Shown here: positions 1 through 13,832 of the stretch, one piece after another
Position numbering within the stretch: the first letter of the stretch is position 1
Layout: every line of letters starts with the position of its first letter
NCBI GenBank assembly: GCA_964035545.1
Contig: OZ037767.1
Coordinates: 259,680-323,679, forward strand
Direction of reading: 5' to 3'
Length of the DNA stretch: 64,000 nucleotides
Source of the DNA: Bugula neritina
Lineage: Eukaryota; Animalia; Bryozoa
Position numbers and translations under genes: made by a program
The notes under the pieces: generated by a model
What the model saw: only the letters and a program-made list of their open reading frames with translations
Databases searched by the model: none
Told to the model about the DNA's origin: nothing

Positions 1-1158
1 ACTTGAATGGTTGAAAGTGGACATGTAGGTAACAGCACACCTGGTTTAGTTGTCACTTTTCTCTTTACTAATTGATTCCCATCTTCACTGCTTGTATCAG
101 TACTGTTACTTTCCTCCTCAACTTTCTCTGTCTGTGCCGTAGTGATGACATCACCAGTACTGTTGCCCGAATCTCTAGACTTAGAACCACTTGGCATGTC
201 TTGAGGTGATGGGACAGCCTTCCCGTGTGCCCACACCGGGGGCTCAGAAATCTTTAGGTCTATCAGCTCATTGGTTCGATTTATTCTCATAACACTGCAA
301 TCAACACTAATCTAAATATATGCAGCGTATAAGCATACACAGCGTATAAGCATACACACGGCGTATAAGCATACGCAGCGTATAAGCATACGCAGGGTAT
401 AAGCATACACAGCGTACAAGCATACACAGCGTACAAGCATACACAGCGTATAAGCATACACAGGGTATAAGCATACACACAGCATATAAGCATACACAGC
501 GTATAAGCATACGCAGCGTATAAGCATACGCAGCGTATAAGCATACGCAGGGTATAAGCATACACACGGCGTATAAGCATACGCAGCGTATAAGCATACG
601 CAGGGTATAAGCATACACAGCGTACAAGCATACACAGCGTACAAGCATACACAGCGTATAAGCATACACAGGGTATAAGCATACACACAGCATATAAGCA
701 TACACAGCGTATAAGCATACGCAGCGTATAAGCATGAATGAGTGAGTAGAGAACTAACCTCTGACTGCCAACTGGCACCAGAATGAAACTGGCCACCAGA
801 CTGTTGTTGCTGGACGGTGACTTGAGAGCACATTTGACAGTTCCCTCATTGACTGACTCCTTCAACAAGTTAACATTATATTACTAGATAATATATAGAA
901 TATTACTAGATAATATATAGAACATTACTAGATAATATATAGAACATTACTAGATAATATATAGAATATTACTAGATAATATATAGAACATTACTAGATA
1001 ATATATAGAACATTACTAGATAATATATAGAATATTACTAGATAATATATAGAACATTACTAGATAATATATAGAACATTACTAGATAATATATAGAACA
1101 TTACTAGATAATATATATAATACTACTAGATAATATATATATATATATATATATAGAT

Positions 1159-1200
<42 letters not shown>

Positions 1201-1410
1201 GTATACGAGAAACATTGTTGTTTTTTTTACTTTATACGTGTCATGCATAACGTCTAACGTAACATACTAATTTTTGAATTTCATTCATTGCTACTCTGAA
1301 GATGGGTACAGTGGTACCCGAAATATCAGTGTAATTACTTTACCTAATAAAGTAAAAAAAACAACAATGTTTCTCGTATACCTATTTATAATCAAATTGC
1401 TAGCTCGTAA

Positions 1411-1484
<74 letters not shown>

Positions 1485-3093
1485 ATATAATATTACTGGA
1501 TAATATATAGCATATTGCCAGATAATATATAGAACACATTATATTACTAGATAATATTATATAGAATATAGAACACATTATATTCATTATATTACTAGAT
1601 ACTAGATAGTAGATAGAATATAGAACACATTATATTCATTATATTACTAGATACTAGATAGTAAATAGAATATATAACATACTCCGTATCGAGCTATCTG
1701 GGCACTGGACTGTTTGTTTCTGTCTATAGTTAAACCAAACACCTTCAAAAACAACGTATAGGATACAAGATATAGAACATGCATCATAGTATTAACATAT
1801 AAAATACAAGAGCATTGGTGAGATAAACCTTATTTACAAATACTATTACAACAATATATGAATTTGACAATGTAATGACTTAGAGCTAATATAGCTCACA
1901 TATATAGCTACAACCTTATTATACACTTGTGTGATTGGTTGATCTGGGTCTAAGGTCACTGCAAGTTCAACAGCTAATATCCCACCATCAAACATCCCGT
2001 AGTCAACCAGGTGAATCAAATCTCGCTGATCATCCTGCAAATAATTTATTTTCAACTAAACAATTCTCAAATGTCAATAAAACTGAATGTAATGATACGT
2101 ATATGATATAAACTTGAATGTTTTATATTATAAGTTTTAAAACTCAGGCCTGCATAAAACAACAAATAAATTCAATCTTTGAAGTTGCAGTTAATATAAT
2201 AAGAACTAAAAACTTCAATTTTGGTAATGAGCCACAACAATGGACTTATGCATCTTAATAATATTCATATTCATATTCATATTGGTTAAGTCTGAGAAAA
2301 AGAGATTAAGTATAATTTATTAATTTGTAACTGAAAGTAAAACTTTAATTTAAAGTGACTAACAATACATTAAATAAGAAGCGATCAATATGAATATGAA
2401 TTAGAATAAGTCACAAGTGTATTTACTATTAAATATTAAGTATCAGCATCAGCGTGCCTATGGCTATTACTATTAGTATTAGTACTACTGTTAGTATTAT
2501 TATTACAGGTACTAATAATATTACCATTACTATTAGTATTAGTAATAGTATTAGACTTAGTATTAGAACTAGAAGGCTGTTACTATTACTATTAGTATTA
2601 CTATCACTACTAGACTTACTCTTTACTATTTAAAATTAATTATTATCAACTTAAAAGGAACGCTAATAGTAATTAGTAGTTAGTCTGATTAGATCGACCT
2701 CAACTTCAAGTTTAAGGAGAAGGCAGTAAAATCAATTAATTGAATTACTACTGTTAAAATTAGTCACTAGTCTGTAGTCAGTAGTTTAAATTTTACTGTG
2801 GAGTTAGTCCTAGTGTTGAGAGCCTAGCCGACCTAACAACAGAAGCAGAGGCTTAGAGTTATTGTTACTCTGTTACTGTTGCTACTCTGTTACTAGTACT
2901 ACTACTCCTAAAGACTAAAAGTAAATGTTAGTGTTACTGTTACTGTTAGTGTTAGTGTTAGTCTTACACTTGATCTTACTCTTACCGTCAGAATAAACGA
3001 ATCTATTTTAGCATGCGTTTGTTGGAAAAGTATATATAGAACACAAAAATATAACAACTCAGCCACTTTGAATTTAATAGAAACACGCGCCAT
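1..3093 (-). CDS. GPR107: GPR107/GPR108-like (LUSTR family) protein, 5' exons; continues off the left edge
   Basis: GT-AG exons 2986-3093, 1915-2034, 1683-1742, 759-859 and <1-294 join in frame: MARVSIKFKVAELLYFCVLYILFQQTHA-KIDSFILT|DDQRDLIHLVDYGMFDGGILAVELAV...|VFGLTIDRNKQ...|ESVNEGTVKCALK... This is a signal peptide followed by a match to the recalled GPR107 N-terminus ([20 protein letters not shown]...IGFSLDR...YCILKK). GPR107 and GPR108 cannot be distinguished here. Confidence 0.8.
320..735. repeat. 15-17 bp minisatellite (acagcgtataagcat) in a GPR107 intron
   Basis: Direct tandem repeat; explains ORFs 287..868, 307..735 and 312..833. Confidence 0.95.
878..1195. repeat. ~24 bp minisatellite (attactagataatatatagaa[c/t]) grading into (TA)n
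   Basis: Direct tandem repeat. Confidence 0.9.
1194..1390. mobile_element. Small MITE-like inverted-repeat element next to (TA)n
   Basis: ~40 bp arms ataggtatacgagaaacattgttgttttttttacttta ... taaagtaaaaaaaacaacaatgtttctcgtatacctat around a ~115 bp spacer. Confidence 0.65.
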
Positions 3094-4162
3094 CGTACTA
3101 GTACTTTATCTTTGGTTGATTACTATATGTGTTATAAAACAACAAGTGTTGGAATCCCAATTGTTGATGCCAATATCAAAATGAATACGAGTTTCCTTAA
3201 CCGGATGAATTGGCAAAATCACGAGACTTGAGCTGCTAAGATTTGTTGTTTTAGCGTCGTTAACTTTTAGAATGTAATACGTTCAATACACGAATGGTTT
3301 TCTCATATCAAGCACTTTTTCTGTGTTCATGCTGTAATTAGGATTTTATAGCACTATTTTAATTATTTTTGCTTTTGTAATTTTTTTTATTGATTTAAGA
3401 AAGAAATATTTTATAATAGACAGTAGGATAATAAAGTTATTCTCCCTACAACTCAACGGGTAAGATTAAGTGCTGTTTCCTGTATGTTGTTGCTATAGCA
3501 ATAAGAAAGCAGTGACGAAAGCCAAGTAGTCGGATGGTGATTTTTTAATACTAACTATTAACAGTACATTATTTTGATACTAGTCTTTTGCTTGTTAAAT
3601 TAATTTTTTGTGTAGCCTTAAAAATAATGTTTAAAACTACACTTTTGGTTTAATTTTGAAAATCAACAATCAATTTTATTGTTTAAAACTGATGTCGAGG
3701 ACAAGATCATGGTGATGAATTGAAGATAATATAAATAATAAAAAACCATTATAATTATAATCATATTAAACTATGTTAGCTTTTGGAGATAATAGCTATA
3801 AAGAAATCGATGCAACGTACACGTTATAAATGTTGTTTAAATTTACAAACGGCAAAGATAGATTTATTGAAGTTGCTTACTTGGAACTCGGTTCAAAACT
3901 ATTATCATTATGAATAGAGGTGAGCAGTAGTATTTGTTCGTTTTTAGGCATTGTCTTTAAACACTTATGTTAAATTTATAAACAAACAGTTTTTAGCTAA
4001 TTAAATAGAGTTTTGCATTTGCATACACGTTGCTTTCTTATAGAATATAGAGTCACCTGTAAATATAAACAATGCAGCCTATCAGATGCACTACTACTAA
4101 AAGTAGCCAATATTAAATATCGAGTTGAGTCGAAAAAATGAGATCTATGTAAACAATTAAAC

Positions 4163-5032
4163 TTGCAATTAAAACTAGCTACTCATTTTTTTCAAATTTT
4201 AGTAATATGGTGTCAGACGTCTAGTCAAGGAACTAGGAGCTCTCATGAAGAACAGACATGGCGTTCTGTAGTTGAAAAGCCTTTGATAGTGAATTTCATG
4301 ACCACTACACAGTTTATGCAGAAGGGGGGCGACAGTCCCCACCTGGTAAACGATATTGTCTTTAATGGCACATTTGCTTCATACCAAGATTATCAGCATT
4401 GCTCTAACATTATTAACAGCCTTCCAAAAGTTCATAGGATTGGCATTGTGAATGCACATCCAAACTTGCTCACTCTCAACACGAATATCAAGTTTCGAGT
4501 GATAGATTTTGCTATCCGGTCTTGCAACATGTTTAGTGTCCCTGGAAACCTGGTAGTTGGACTGACACAACTCTGCAGTCTAGACTTGAGTAACAACCTG
4601 CTGCAGAGTCTTGAATCAATCACTCCATTCATTCAGCACTCATTTAAACTCCAGTCCGTAACTCTAAGCCGAAATAAACTGTCTGCTTTTCCAAGACTAT
4701 TGACGACCTTGCCTAACCTAACTGACCTTGACCTCAGCTGCAATCGCCTAGCAACTTTGGAAGCAGATGATTTTCAACATCTAGCTAAGCTAAGAAATTT
4801 AAATATCTCTTACAATCCATTAATAACTCGAATCCCAAGGGATATTTCAGACCTGCCCTATCTGCAGAATCTAACAGTAGTTGGGCTACTGTCCCTGAAG
4901 AAGCCCAGCTACGAGTTGGCTAGGAAGGGGCTGCCTTCTATTAGGAAGTACTACCTGGCTACAGGCTGGCTGATAAGTGGGCGGGCAACTCCATTTAGTA
5001 AATTGACAAGCCGACAAACATTCAGGCAATAG
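4163..5032 (+). CDS. Leucine-rich repeat protein (about 5-6 LRRs plus C-terminal cap); true start uncertain (ATG ~4298, or an upstream exon via the acceptor at ~4202)
   Basis: LCSLDLSNNLL, LQSVTLSRNKL, LTDLDLSCNRL and LRNLNISYNPL fit LxxLxLxxNxL. The C-terminal LKKPSYELARKGLPSIRKYY resembles the LxxPPxEVxxxGxxAIxxYL cap of intracellular LRR/ROCO proteins. Confidence 0.8.
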   Translation: MQLKLATHFFQILVIWCQTSSQGTRSSHEEQTWRSVVEKPLIVNFMTTTQFMQKGGDSPHLVNDIVFNGTFASYQDYQHCSNIINSLPKVHRIGIVNAHPNLLTLNTNIKFRVIDFAIRSCNMFSVPGNLVVGLTQLCSLDLSNNLLQSLESITPFIQHSFKLQSVTLSRNKLSAFPRLLTTLPNLTDLDLSCNRLATLEADDFQHLAKLRNLNISYNPLITRIPRDISDLPYLQNLTVVGLLSLKKPSYELARKGLPSIRKYYLATGWLISGRATPFSKLTSRQTFRQ

Positions 5033-5936
5033 TAGCAGTAGAATGTTACTCTTCCACACATCAACTTGATGCTCTTCCTTGACTCTGTGTTTAGTTTACA
5101 GACTTGTCTTCTCTTTATTCTGGCTCAGTTATTTGCTCAAAATTATATTCTGTAAATCCTACGTTTTTTATATTATATCTTCAATATATCACATTTAAAT
5201 TGTAATATGATAACACATTTATTATAATACATTATATACACATTTATTTTAAGTTATTATATAATTTTATTATATTCAATGTCTTCATATTGTATGTTTT
5301 TTTCTACAGTGCTCAGTCACTGTTTGTTGGGAAAATTTTATACAAACTTTTCAGCAGTATTTCCTTTGAGCTAATAGTTTGAGTGAGTTGAGAGCTTTTC
5401 TCTTGACTTGAAGCATATTTTCTATCAACTCTGCTAATAATAAAGATTTCGGTCTATAAAGTGTTTTTCTGCTTTTTCCTATGAGCTAGTAACAGAATGC
5501 AAGACATACTTATAGTGATGATTGCGTTCAGACCAGCAACTAAGTATGCCAATAGAATGTATGATAGTATATTATGAGTATACTAAAGTATAATACATGT
5601 ATAGGAATATTCCTTGTAAATCACTCAAGGCATATATAGCATGCCTTAGTAGGTTTATGAGATACACATTAAATATACCGTCACAGTTAATACATTTTTA
5701 AAAAAGCTTGCAGAGATGCAAATCTTAGTACAAAATGCTCCTTCAACATAACAGGTTAAGTTGACTGAGAGCTAATGGCTACTACTAACTGTAAATAAAG
5801 TTGCTCTGTATAACTGCAGTGTGACATGTATAATACTATATGCTTTAAGATTATACAGTAATATATAATATCATATAATGTTATGTGATGCTGTGTATGT
5901 TATATATAGCATAGCATAATATATTACATAGCATTG

Positions 5937-6439
5937 TCATCCACACAAGGTCGTTCTAGGGTCACATCTTTTGCAGCTGCAGTTGACAGCGTGAGGCAAG
6001 ACGACTTGCTCAGGTGGGTACCCTGGTTGACAGTTGGTCAGCAGGGACATGATGTTCTCACTTCTTGTGTGGCCACACACTTGTCTGATGCCGACTATGT
6101 AGGGGTACTTCAATACTCCGTACTACAGCATACAGGTAATACTTCAATACTCCGTACTAAAGTATACATGTAATACTTCAATGACTGTATTATATACTAG
6201 CTCACCTGTACACTACTTACCTGTATACTACTCACCTGTACACTACTTACCTCTAAAGACAGACACATGCCATAGCAGACTCTGACGCTCAACTCTTCCC
6301 AGCAGTGATGAGTTGTGACGTTCAGCACCCAAGACCCGACCACACAGTTGCTGTTTGCTGCGCTGACAGGGCTGACAAAGATGTCTGTGGTCATCACCAG
6401 AGTCACGGCCAGTAGAGCAACTCTCTGTAGACATAACAA
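5937..6439 (-). CDS. GPB5: Glycoprotein hormone beta-5-like cystine-knot subunit, paralog A
   Basis: Exons ~6251-6427 and 5937-6122: RVALLAVTLVMTTDIFVSPVSA-ANSNCVVGSWVLNVTTHHCWEELSVRVCYGMCLSLE|YGVLKYPYIVGIRQVCGHTRSENIMSLLTNCQPGYPPEQVVLPHAVNCSCKRCDPRTTLCG*. Signal peptide and 10 Cys in GPB5 spacing (CxGxC, PY...VC, CxC..C....C). The start codon is uncertain: the ORF-track start is TTG, and an ATG-only exon at 6549-6551 (ATG|gtaat) would splice in frame. Confidence 0.8.
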
Positions 6440-7097
6440 CCAGGTGCAACAGCACTGCTCGGCACAGCAGCTAGTAGAAGGCAGCAGGCAATAGAAGGCA
6501 GCAATAGGCAGCAGCTAATGGTCACACTAGCACATACTAATATATTACCATCTCCTATAGTCGCCCTGAGATAAGACTTCAACTAAACGATTTACCATTA
6601 AGTCATTTGTGGCAGTAGACCTCAATGATTACCTCAACATGTTAGCTGTTGACCACTATTCTGAATAGCCCAAGTTCTTTAATTGCTGTTATAAGTTTTT
6701 GGAGCGCAAGTTGCAAGTTGAAAACCTCGCACGAGAACATGACTGCTTTAACTCAACAAACTCGTTTGATTCATAAAAAAGTCTCAGTTTTCTAATTATT
6801 GCAGAAGATAGAGTTGCACACACAGTACAGACAGCTTTGCTGTTAATTGCATTAGCTGCTGTCCTCATAACAACTCAGTGTTGAAGTGGCCAACAGTTAC
6901 CCTTAGCTTTTGGGTCACTAATAAACCCATATATCTACTGTAGCATGTCAGTTAACTACAAGAAATGCCAGTCCTAGTAGAATTCTATGCAGCAATGATT
7001 TTATCAGTTGAGAGTAAAAATGGAGAGATGCTGGGGTGCTAAACCTGAGTGGGGGTCCGTCTTACACCACCCCCCCCCCCCAACACACACTATACCT

Positions 7098-7238
7098 TAC
7101 AGCACCCAGGTTAAACCCAGTGCTGACATTACAGCACCCAGGTTAAACCCAGTGCTGACATTACTGATTACAGCACCCAGGTTAAACCCAGTGCTGACAT
7201 TACAGCACCCAGGTTAAACCCAGTGCTGACATTACAGC
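7098..7238. repeat. ~33 bp minisatellite (tacagcacccaggttaaacccagtgctgacat)
   Basis: About 4 tandem copies, each with an internal cagcac...gtgctg inverted pair. Confidence 0.85.
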
Positions 7239-7994
7239 AAACAGAACTACTGAAGAAGCTGCCAACATTTTTAACCTTATGACTTCACGCTGACTTCACA
7301 CTTTTTGACATAAAAGGTAAGTTAGAGTAACAGAAGTTGAGCCAGCAAGGGAGTCAAAATATAGTGATTATATAATGTAGTCATTAGAACACCAATATGA
7401 ATATGTATATGTATCATTATGTGACATAGTTATTATGTAAGAGTACCATACTGTTACTAATATATAAGTATACCATACAACTTACACATATTGATATACC
7501 ATACAACTTACAAGTAAACAAGTATAAGTATATTATACAATGTACATTACATATTATACAAGTATAACTAGAGTTATCTTACCAGTATGCAAGCCGTTTG
7601 CATCTTTTTTTCTTTCTTCAATCTGAACCTCTCCATGCTACCTCCTCGAACTAAACTGCCTGTAGAAATGTGGCTGCTGACTTTATGTTTCCTGGCAGCA
7701 ATCAGCTTCCCTTCACTCAGTGCCAAGATGTCAGAGTCTGACCAATCACAGACAAGCTATGGAAGCAGCAGGCTTCTGCCATTATAGAGTTCTGTTGGCT
7801 TCACTTTCCCTGACTGCTACAGGCATTAGTTGATCTCTGTTTTTGTCATTAACTGCTAGACGAGTGTTTTATTATATTATATCATTATATAACTTATTCC
7901 AACACATCAGTATGTAAATTATTAAGAGATAGTCAACTGTTCAGGAAAATACATATCAAGATGGAGTTTTCCCCTCAATGAGAAGTACGCTGCA

Positions 7995-8352
7995 GTTTAC
8001 ACCACAGTATACACTACAGTATACACTACAGTACACACTACAGTATACACTACATTATACACTACAGTATACACTACAGTACACACTACAGTACACACTA
8101 CAGTATACACTACAGTATACACTACAGTACACACTACAGTACACACTACAGTACACACTACAGTATACAGTACAGCACACACTACAGTATGCACTACAGT
8201 ACACACTACAGTACACACTACAGTACACACTACAGTATGCACTACAGTATACACCACAGTATACACTACAGTATACACTACAGCACACACTACAGTATAC
8301 ACTACAGTGCACACTACAGTACACACTACAGTACACACTACACTACAGTATA
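7995..8352. repeat. 12 bp minisatellite (acactacagta[t/c])
   Basis: Tandem repeat; explains the YTLQ/TVVC ORFs. Confidence 0.95.
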
Positions 8353-9063
8353 CCATCAGTTTCATTTAACTTTAGCGACACATGTAGATGTATTTAAGGT
8401 GATGGATGTCTGTACAGCATATTGAGTTCTAAGTCTATTACTTTTCCTATAGCCTGAGAAACAAATAAACCTCAGTTATCTCCAACAAATCTAACACATT
8501 CTACACACCTGTTACAACCATCAATCCTCTAATCGGCTATTAGCAAAATTGATTTGGCCAAGTGAACAGTTCATGCAAATGTCTTGTCCTTGCCAAGTAT
8601 AAGCTGCAGATGGTGTAGCACACAGGGAAATTGAATTACTGATGTCATTGACTGGCAGATCCACACTATTCTATCAGCTAATTGATATTCTATCGAAGTC
8701 ATTATCTGTAATAATTTCGACATGCCATCTATAGATTCTGAGTTGTTTTGACAGTAGTTAGCCAAATGACACACTGAGTGACACTAACTCTAACAACAAT
8801 ACCATGGCTTGTCAACTCCATAAATTACATTCATACGATTCCTCTGCCACTCTACCACTTTACCTCTCTGCCTCTTTACCTCTCTGCCTCTCCACTCATG
8901 TGCAGATTCTCTCCTTGAGCGTTCTTCTGTGACCTTCATATCTGTGACTTTTCATTCTATGATATCAGTACTTGGCAGAAAATGATCGGCATTCAACCGG
9001 CAATATGGCAGCTACATACTACATACTGCATATATACATATTGATTGTATATCACATATTGTT

Positions 9064-9157
<94 letters not shown>

Positions 9158-10318
9158 CCTATATATGAGGAAACATTTCCCAGTCAGACTCTGTTTATGA
9201 TATCAGTAAAGTATTTTCTTATCAAAATATTCTTACTGAACTGTTTTTGTAGTTGAGTTCATGTCACTGAGCTGGGGGCTGCTTAAGTAATAATAATTTG
9301 CAGTTTGTGAATTATAATGAGTTTAAAATCAGCTGCTGAAAGAATTGCTCAAATAATATTCATAGCCTTAAATTTACCATGTATGCTACTGATAACCTCC
9401 CAAACCCCACCCCCTCCCAAACATTTACTATTTGAAGACTGGTGAGGCATAGATTAGCTACAGGCTTAAACCACGAAGAAAGAGCTCAAAATATTTTAAT
9501 ATTAGCTGAAATAGTTCGAAGAAAAAGCTTGAGAAATGCAAACGCATGTGCCCCACGTGCAGCTAGTCGTGTGCAGTTAGTTGTGTCAACTCAAATCTCT
9601 TTCCAGTATCTACTCGCTGGCAAGTCATGTTTTAGCCTAAGTTTTTAGTAGTTGGCTTGGAGCTTTAGTTTTGAACATAAAGGTATTATTTCAAGGACAA
9701 ACCGTTGGCAATAGAATGGATGTTTGTAGATACGAGTAGTCAGCACATGACTTCAGATGTTGACTCAGCTGATCCACCCCTGATTAATTGCCTGATCTGC
9801 CCCTCGCTGACCATAGTTAACTGATCCACTCCTGACTAGCTAGTGAGAATCCCTTGACATCTAATGAGTGTCTACTGCACGGCAAGCTGCTTGCAGTTAG
9901 AGAGCTCATGTTCTTCACCTTGCAAGGACAAATGTCCAACTGCCATGAAATTTCCAACATGTCAGCCAACTCAGAGAGCTTCCTGTTTTTGACTCAATTT
10001 ATTCAAAAATAAAGTCAATTAAAATTCAGAATGAGTAAGAAATGACACCACTGATGGGCGAAAAGTATCAAAAGACCATGTGAAAATAATATTATAGTAA
10101 TATTCTATATAAGATTAATTCATGAGAATATAAATGGTGATGAGAAAACTCCTAATAAGTTAGTAACTAACTTCTAACAGGTTGATCCAAATGTGCATCA
10201 CAATGGCCAGGAAAATATATATCACTAATAACTAGGACACTCGAGCAATTTCTAATCTCTGCAGTTCAGAATTAGGCTATATTCATAATATAAGCATAAA
10301 GTGCCATATCAAGTACCT

Positions 10319-10458
<140 letters not shown>

Positions 10459-12050
10459 AGCGTGACTTGATGATGCAGCTCATGTTTCATCACTCAGTTT
10501 ATACTCATATAAATGGTAATTGCCTCCTCTTTGTTATGTCAACATAGTTGAGCATGTACATATAAGTTATAAGTGTGTAAGTAGATGTAGGCATGTGAGC
10601 ATGTTATAAGTACTAGCATGCAAGTAAAACAACTGTTGATGACATGCAGTAAAAAATTTCTTTCAAGTTAAAAAGTTTGAGTTTTAATTAGAATGTCCTC
10701 TCCAATTAATTACTCTGTGTTCCACAACGTTGCACACATTACAGCAATCTGCCATACTATCACACCTCCTTCTTTCAGATATAGATATATTATTCAGAGT
10801 TGTCTTCCCTTCCACAACTAAACTTTATGATGATGATCATTATATTATAGTTGTTTCTGGGAAGCTGAAGCGACATTGACATGAATGCTGTATAAAGTGT
10901 CACATGCACGCAAGTGAGTCAAGGTGTCAAAGAGAGCAGTTCAGGCCAACACCACGAAATCTAAAGCACGACATCCTCATTTGGCAAACTATTGCTTGAC
11001 AATATACTGAGGTGTGACGAGTATCGCAAAAACCAAATTCAATAGTTTCAACCTAATGACATCAGTGCACTGCGTGGCAATTTGAAATCTCAATGCTTTG
11101 AATGAGACCTGCATGTAGCACTGGTTGTAGCAATGTGCCAAAACAAGGTTGCACGAGATCATAAGTTTTAGACAAGATAAGCTTGTTATATAACATATTA
11201 TACATATTTTATAATATATATTACATTATATATAGTGGCAACAAAATTAAATTAAAGAGCTCAAAGAATGAAATTGATGAAACCACAAATATTGATGGCA
11301 TGTCTGTGGTAATTATAGTTATACAAGGTATGTCAACCAAGTTTGGTATTCTGTATGTACAGGTTAAGCTGCACAGCTCTTATAAACAAGTATTGTTATT
11401 TTTCAGTGAAGACAGACATTTTATACAAATTATATATACAACATACAAGTGCACAGACAATGTTTTAACTTTTCTTTTTAGAAAATTCTGGAACAAACTC
11501 AGATTCAATGTCTAAATATCTAAAACCTCCTTTCTGGAAAGGAAACAGTAAGTCATAAAAATTTAAAAAGTTTTCAATAAATAAATTAAAAGTACAATGT
11601 TTCATTAAAAAAAATACAAATATTTACAAAAAGATTTTATCTGAGAAAGTGCAATTATTTGGAGTGACTCATGGAGTGATTATCATGAAGTAGCAATAAA
11701 TTAAACAGCCAGTATAAATTTAGAGAAAGGCATAAAGTACTTCTTATTTATCCATTCAAAACACCTACACTAAAGACTCTCACAGCAACGCGTGACTCAC
11801 AAGGAAGGCCGCCCACCCGGCATAACAGTTTACCAGCTCACAGGCTATAAAGGTGAAACTAAGTAGAACGAAATATTGTTTCTTATTTTATCAGAAACAG
11901 CTAAAAAAACAGCAATTTAGATGCAATATATACAAATAATAGAGACAGAGAGTTATATGCAAAGAGGCTGATACACAAATAAATATATAGTCCTTGAGCT
12001 GCCCTTCTGACTAGAGTGTATCGTCACCATGGCAACTGGGGAGACCAAGC

Positions 12051-12832
12051 TCACATGCACACTTCTCTCATTGGGTCACATTTTCGGCACGAACAGGAAG
12101 TCACTAAAGGAAATTTAAATACTTCTGGGGGGTATCCTTGGTGGCAGTTGGCTAGAATTGTCTCCACCTGCTCATAGTCAGCGAACCCACAAACCTGATG
12201 GTGGCGCTCTCTGTAAGGTGGTTCTGGTAGTATTATCTGTAAAGTAAATTTACCTTAAAGCATGAGCTAAATATAATATATAACAATAAACATGACAAAG
12301 CATTGAAACAACCGTCTTACATGAAACAGCCTACAATTGACACCGTAGAAAGCTACTTTATTCAAAATAAAATAACAAGATGCCATACTAATATTATAGA
12401 AAAATAAAAAACAATGAATGTGAAACTTTTAATGCAAATTTTGTTTTTTCCCACTAAATGATAGCAAAACAGTTTACTTTTTTAACCATCAAATAAATTA
12501 ATCAATTGCAACCAAAATCCTTAACCATTGCAGACTTCTTCACACACTGATTCCTCTATTTATACTTGTAAGCAAAAGTAAAGAAAAGTAAAACAGCTAT
12601 TTGTATGAGATGAGGTGTAGGTACTCACCTCATAGCTTTCACAATACCCTCCACACCCAGAGAAATCTATTAGGCCCCAGCAATGAGAATTTGCCCCGTT
12701 AGTGACGTTGAGACGCACGGTTATTAGATTGCAACCACTGGCAGGGAGTGGTACAGGTGTGGCTACAGCGTACTGGTAGCGAGTAACTACTGCACATAGC
12801 ATAAGTATAGAGAAGTGCTGCAACCAAGTCAT
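12051..12832 (-). CDS. GPB5: Glycoprotein hormone beta-5-like cystine-knot subunit, paralog B
   Basis: Exons 12629-12832 and 12051-12236: MTWLQHFSILMLCAVVTRYQYAVA-TPVPLPASGCNLITVRLNVTNGANSHCWGLIDFSGCGGYCESYE|IILPEPPYRERHHQVCGFADYEQVETILANCHQGYPPEVFKFPLVTSCSCRKCDPMREVCM*. EPPYRERHHQVC matches GPHB5 EPPYIEAHHRVC. 10 Cys, an NVT sequon, and the same phase-0 intron as paralog A. Confidence 0.88.
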
Positions 12833-12977
12833 ATTCAATCAAAAAAGAGACGTTCAGATTAAATTAAATGAATACGTTTTAATCTCTGATGATGAGAAGT
12901 AAATGCTCTGTGGTATGCAGTTTGTCTTCTCTCTCTAATGTCAAATATTAACTCACATCTATCACAACTACCAGTGC

Positions 12978-12987
12978 TTTTATACTA
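12978..12987 (-). promoter_or_regulatory. Candidate TATA box of GPB5 paralog B
   Basis: GTATAAAAG on the minus strand about 150 bp upstream of the ATG. Confidence 0.4.
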
Positions 12988-13684
12988 GAAGAAGCATGAT
13001 GTCAGTTGCTATAACGATGACTAATCAACAAATGCTGTTACGGCATAGACCTCAATGTTTTATACAGTATATTTAGTTAGCACCCATTGATTTCTAGAAT
13101 GTCTGGAATAGAATTATCCACTTGCACACTTAGGCCAAAAGAATGTATAAACTAAAGAGAATTAACATAATAATGAGTTGATGGCTGAACTAAGTGCCTC
13201 TTTATGTCCTAAAACGGAACAGTTGTTTAAGGAAACATCCGTTGGTACTAATAAATAAATGACCAGTTTATTTCAAACATTTAATTTCCACTGCCAGCAA
13301 TTAGTTGATGCAAAAAATTAAATTAGAATAAATATATTAATCAAAAAATGTTACCTTTCGAAAGCATAGACACATACTTAACATATGACATACTCTTAAC
13401 ATTACAAGAAACTATTAATGGGAGTAGATAAATTCCAATGTATATGAAAATATGTCATAACTCATTAGCAGTTGAGGACAGGAAATTAAAACAAGCAAAC
13501 TAAATGTTACGCAATGTCTGGCAGGACCAGAGTAAGATAGTGGAGGAGTAGTGAATGTGATTCCCTGGGTGGTTGGGCTACATTGTATAGAGTAATACGC
13601 ACCATATAATGTATCATTGTATCAGAATAACAGGCAAGGCCCTGCCTGGGCTACAGAGGCCCACGTATTTACGCTCAACACTCA

Positions 13685-13832
13685 CAATATATTATATTAA
13701 TGTATAATATATTATATTAATGTATAATATATTATATTAATGTATAATATATTATATTAATGTATAATATATTATATTAATGTATAATATATTATATTAA
13801 TGTATAATATATTATATTAATGTATAATATAT
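13685..13832. repeat. 20 bp minisatellite (aatatattatattaatgtat)
   Basis: About 7 perfect copies. Confidence 0.9.

Noticed and set aside
4163-6439. LRR gene as a soluble receptor ectodomain for the adjacent GPB5-like hormone
   Set aside because: No Cys-rich LRRNT or hinge, no convincing ATG-initiated signal peptide, and the cap is of intracellular type. Adjacency alone is not evidence.
5937-6439. Paralog A as GPA2, which would give the canonical GPA2-GPB5 pair
   Set aside because: Cys spacing, the PY..VC motif and exon structure match paralog B and GPB5; it lacks the GPA2 CC motif.
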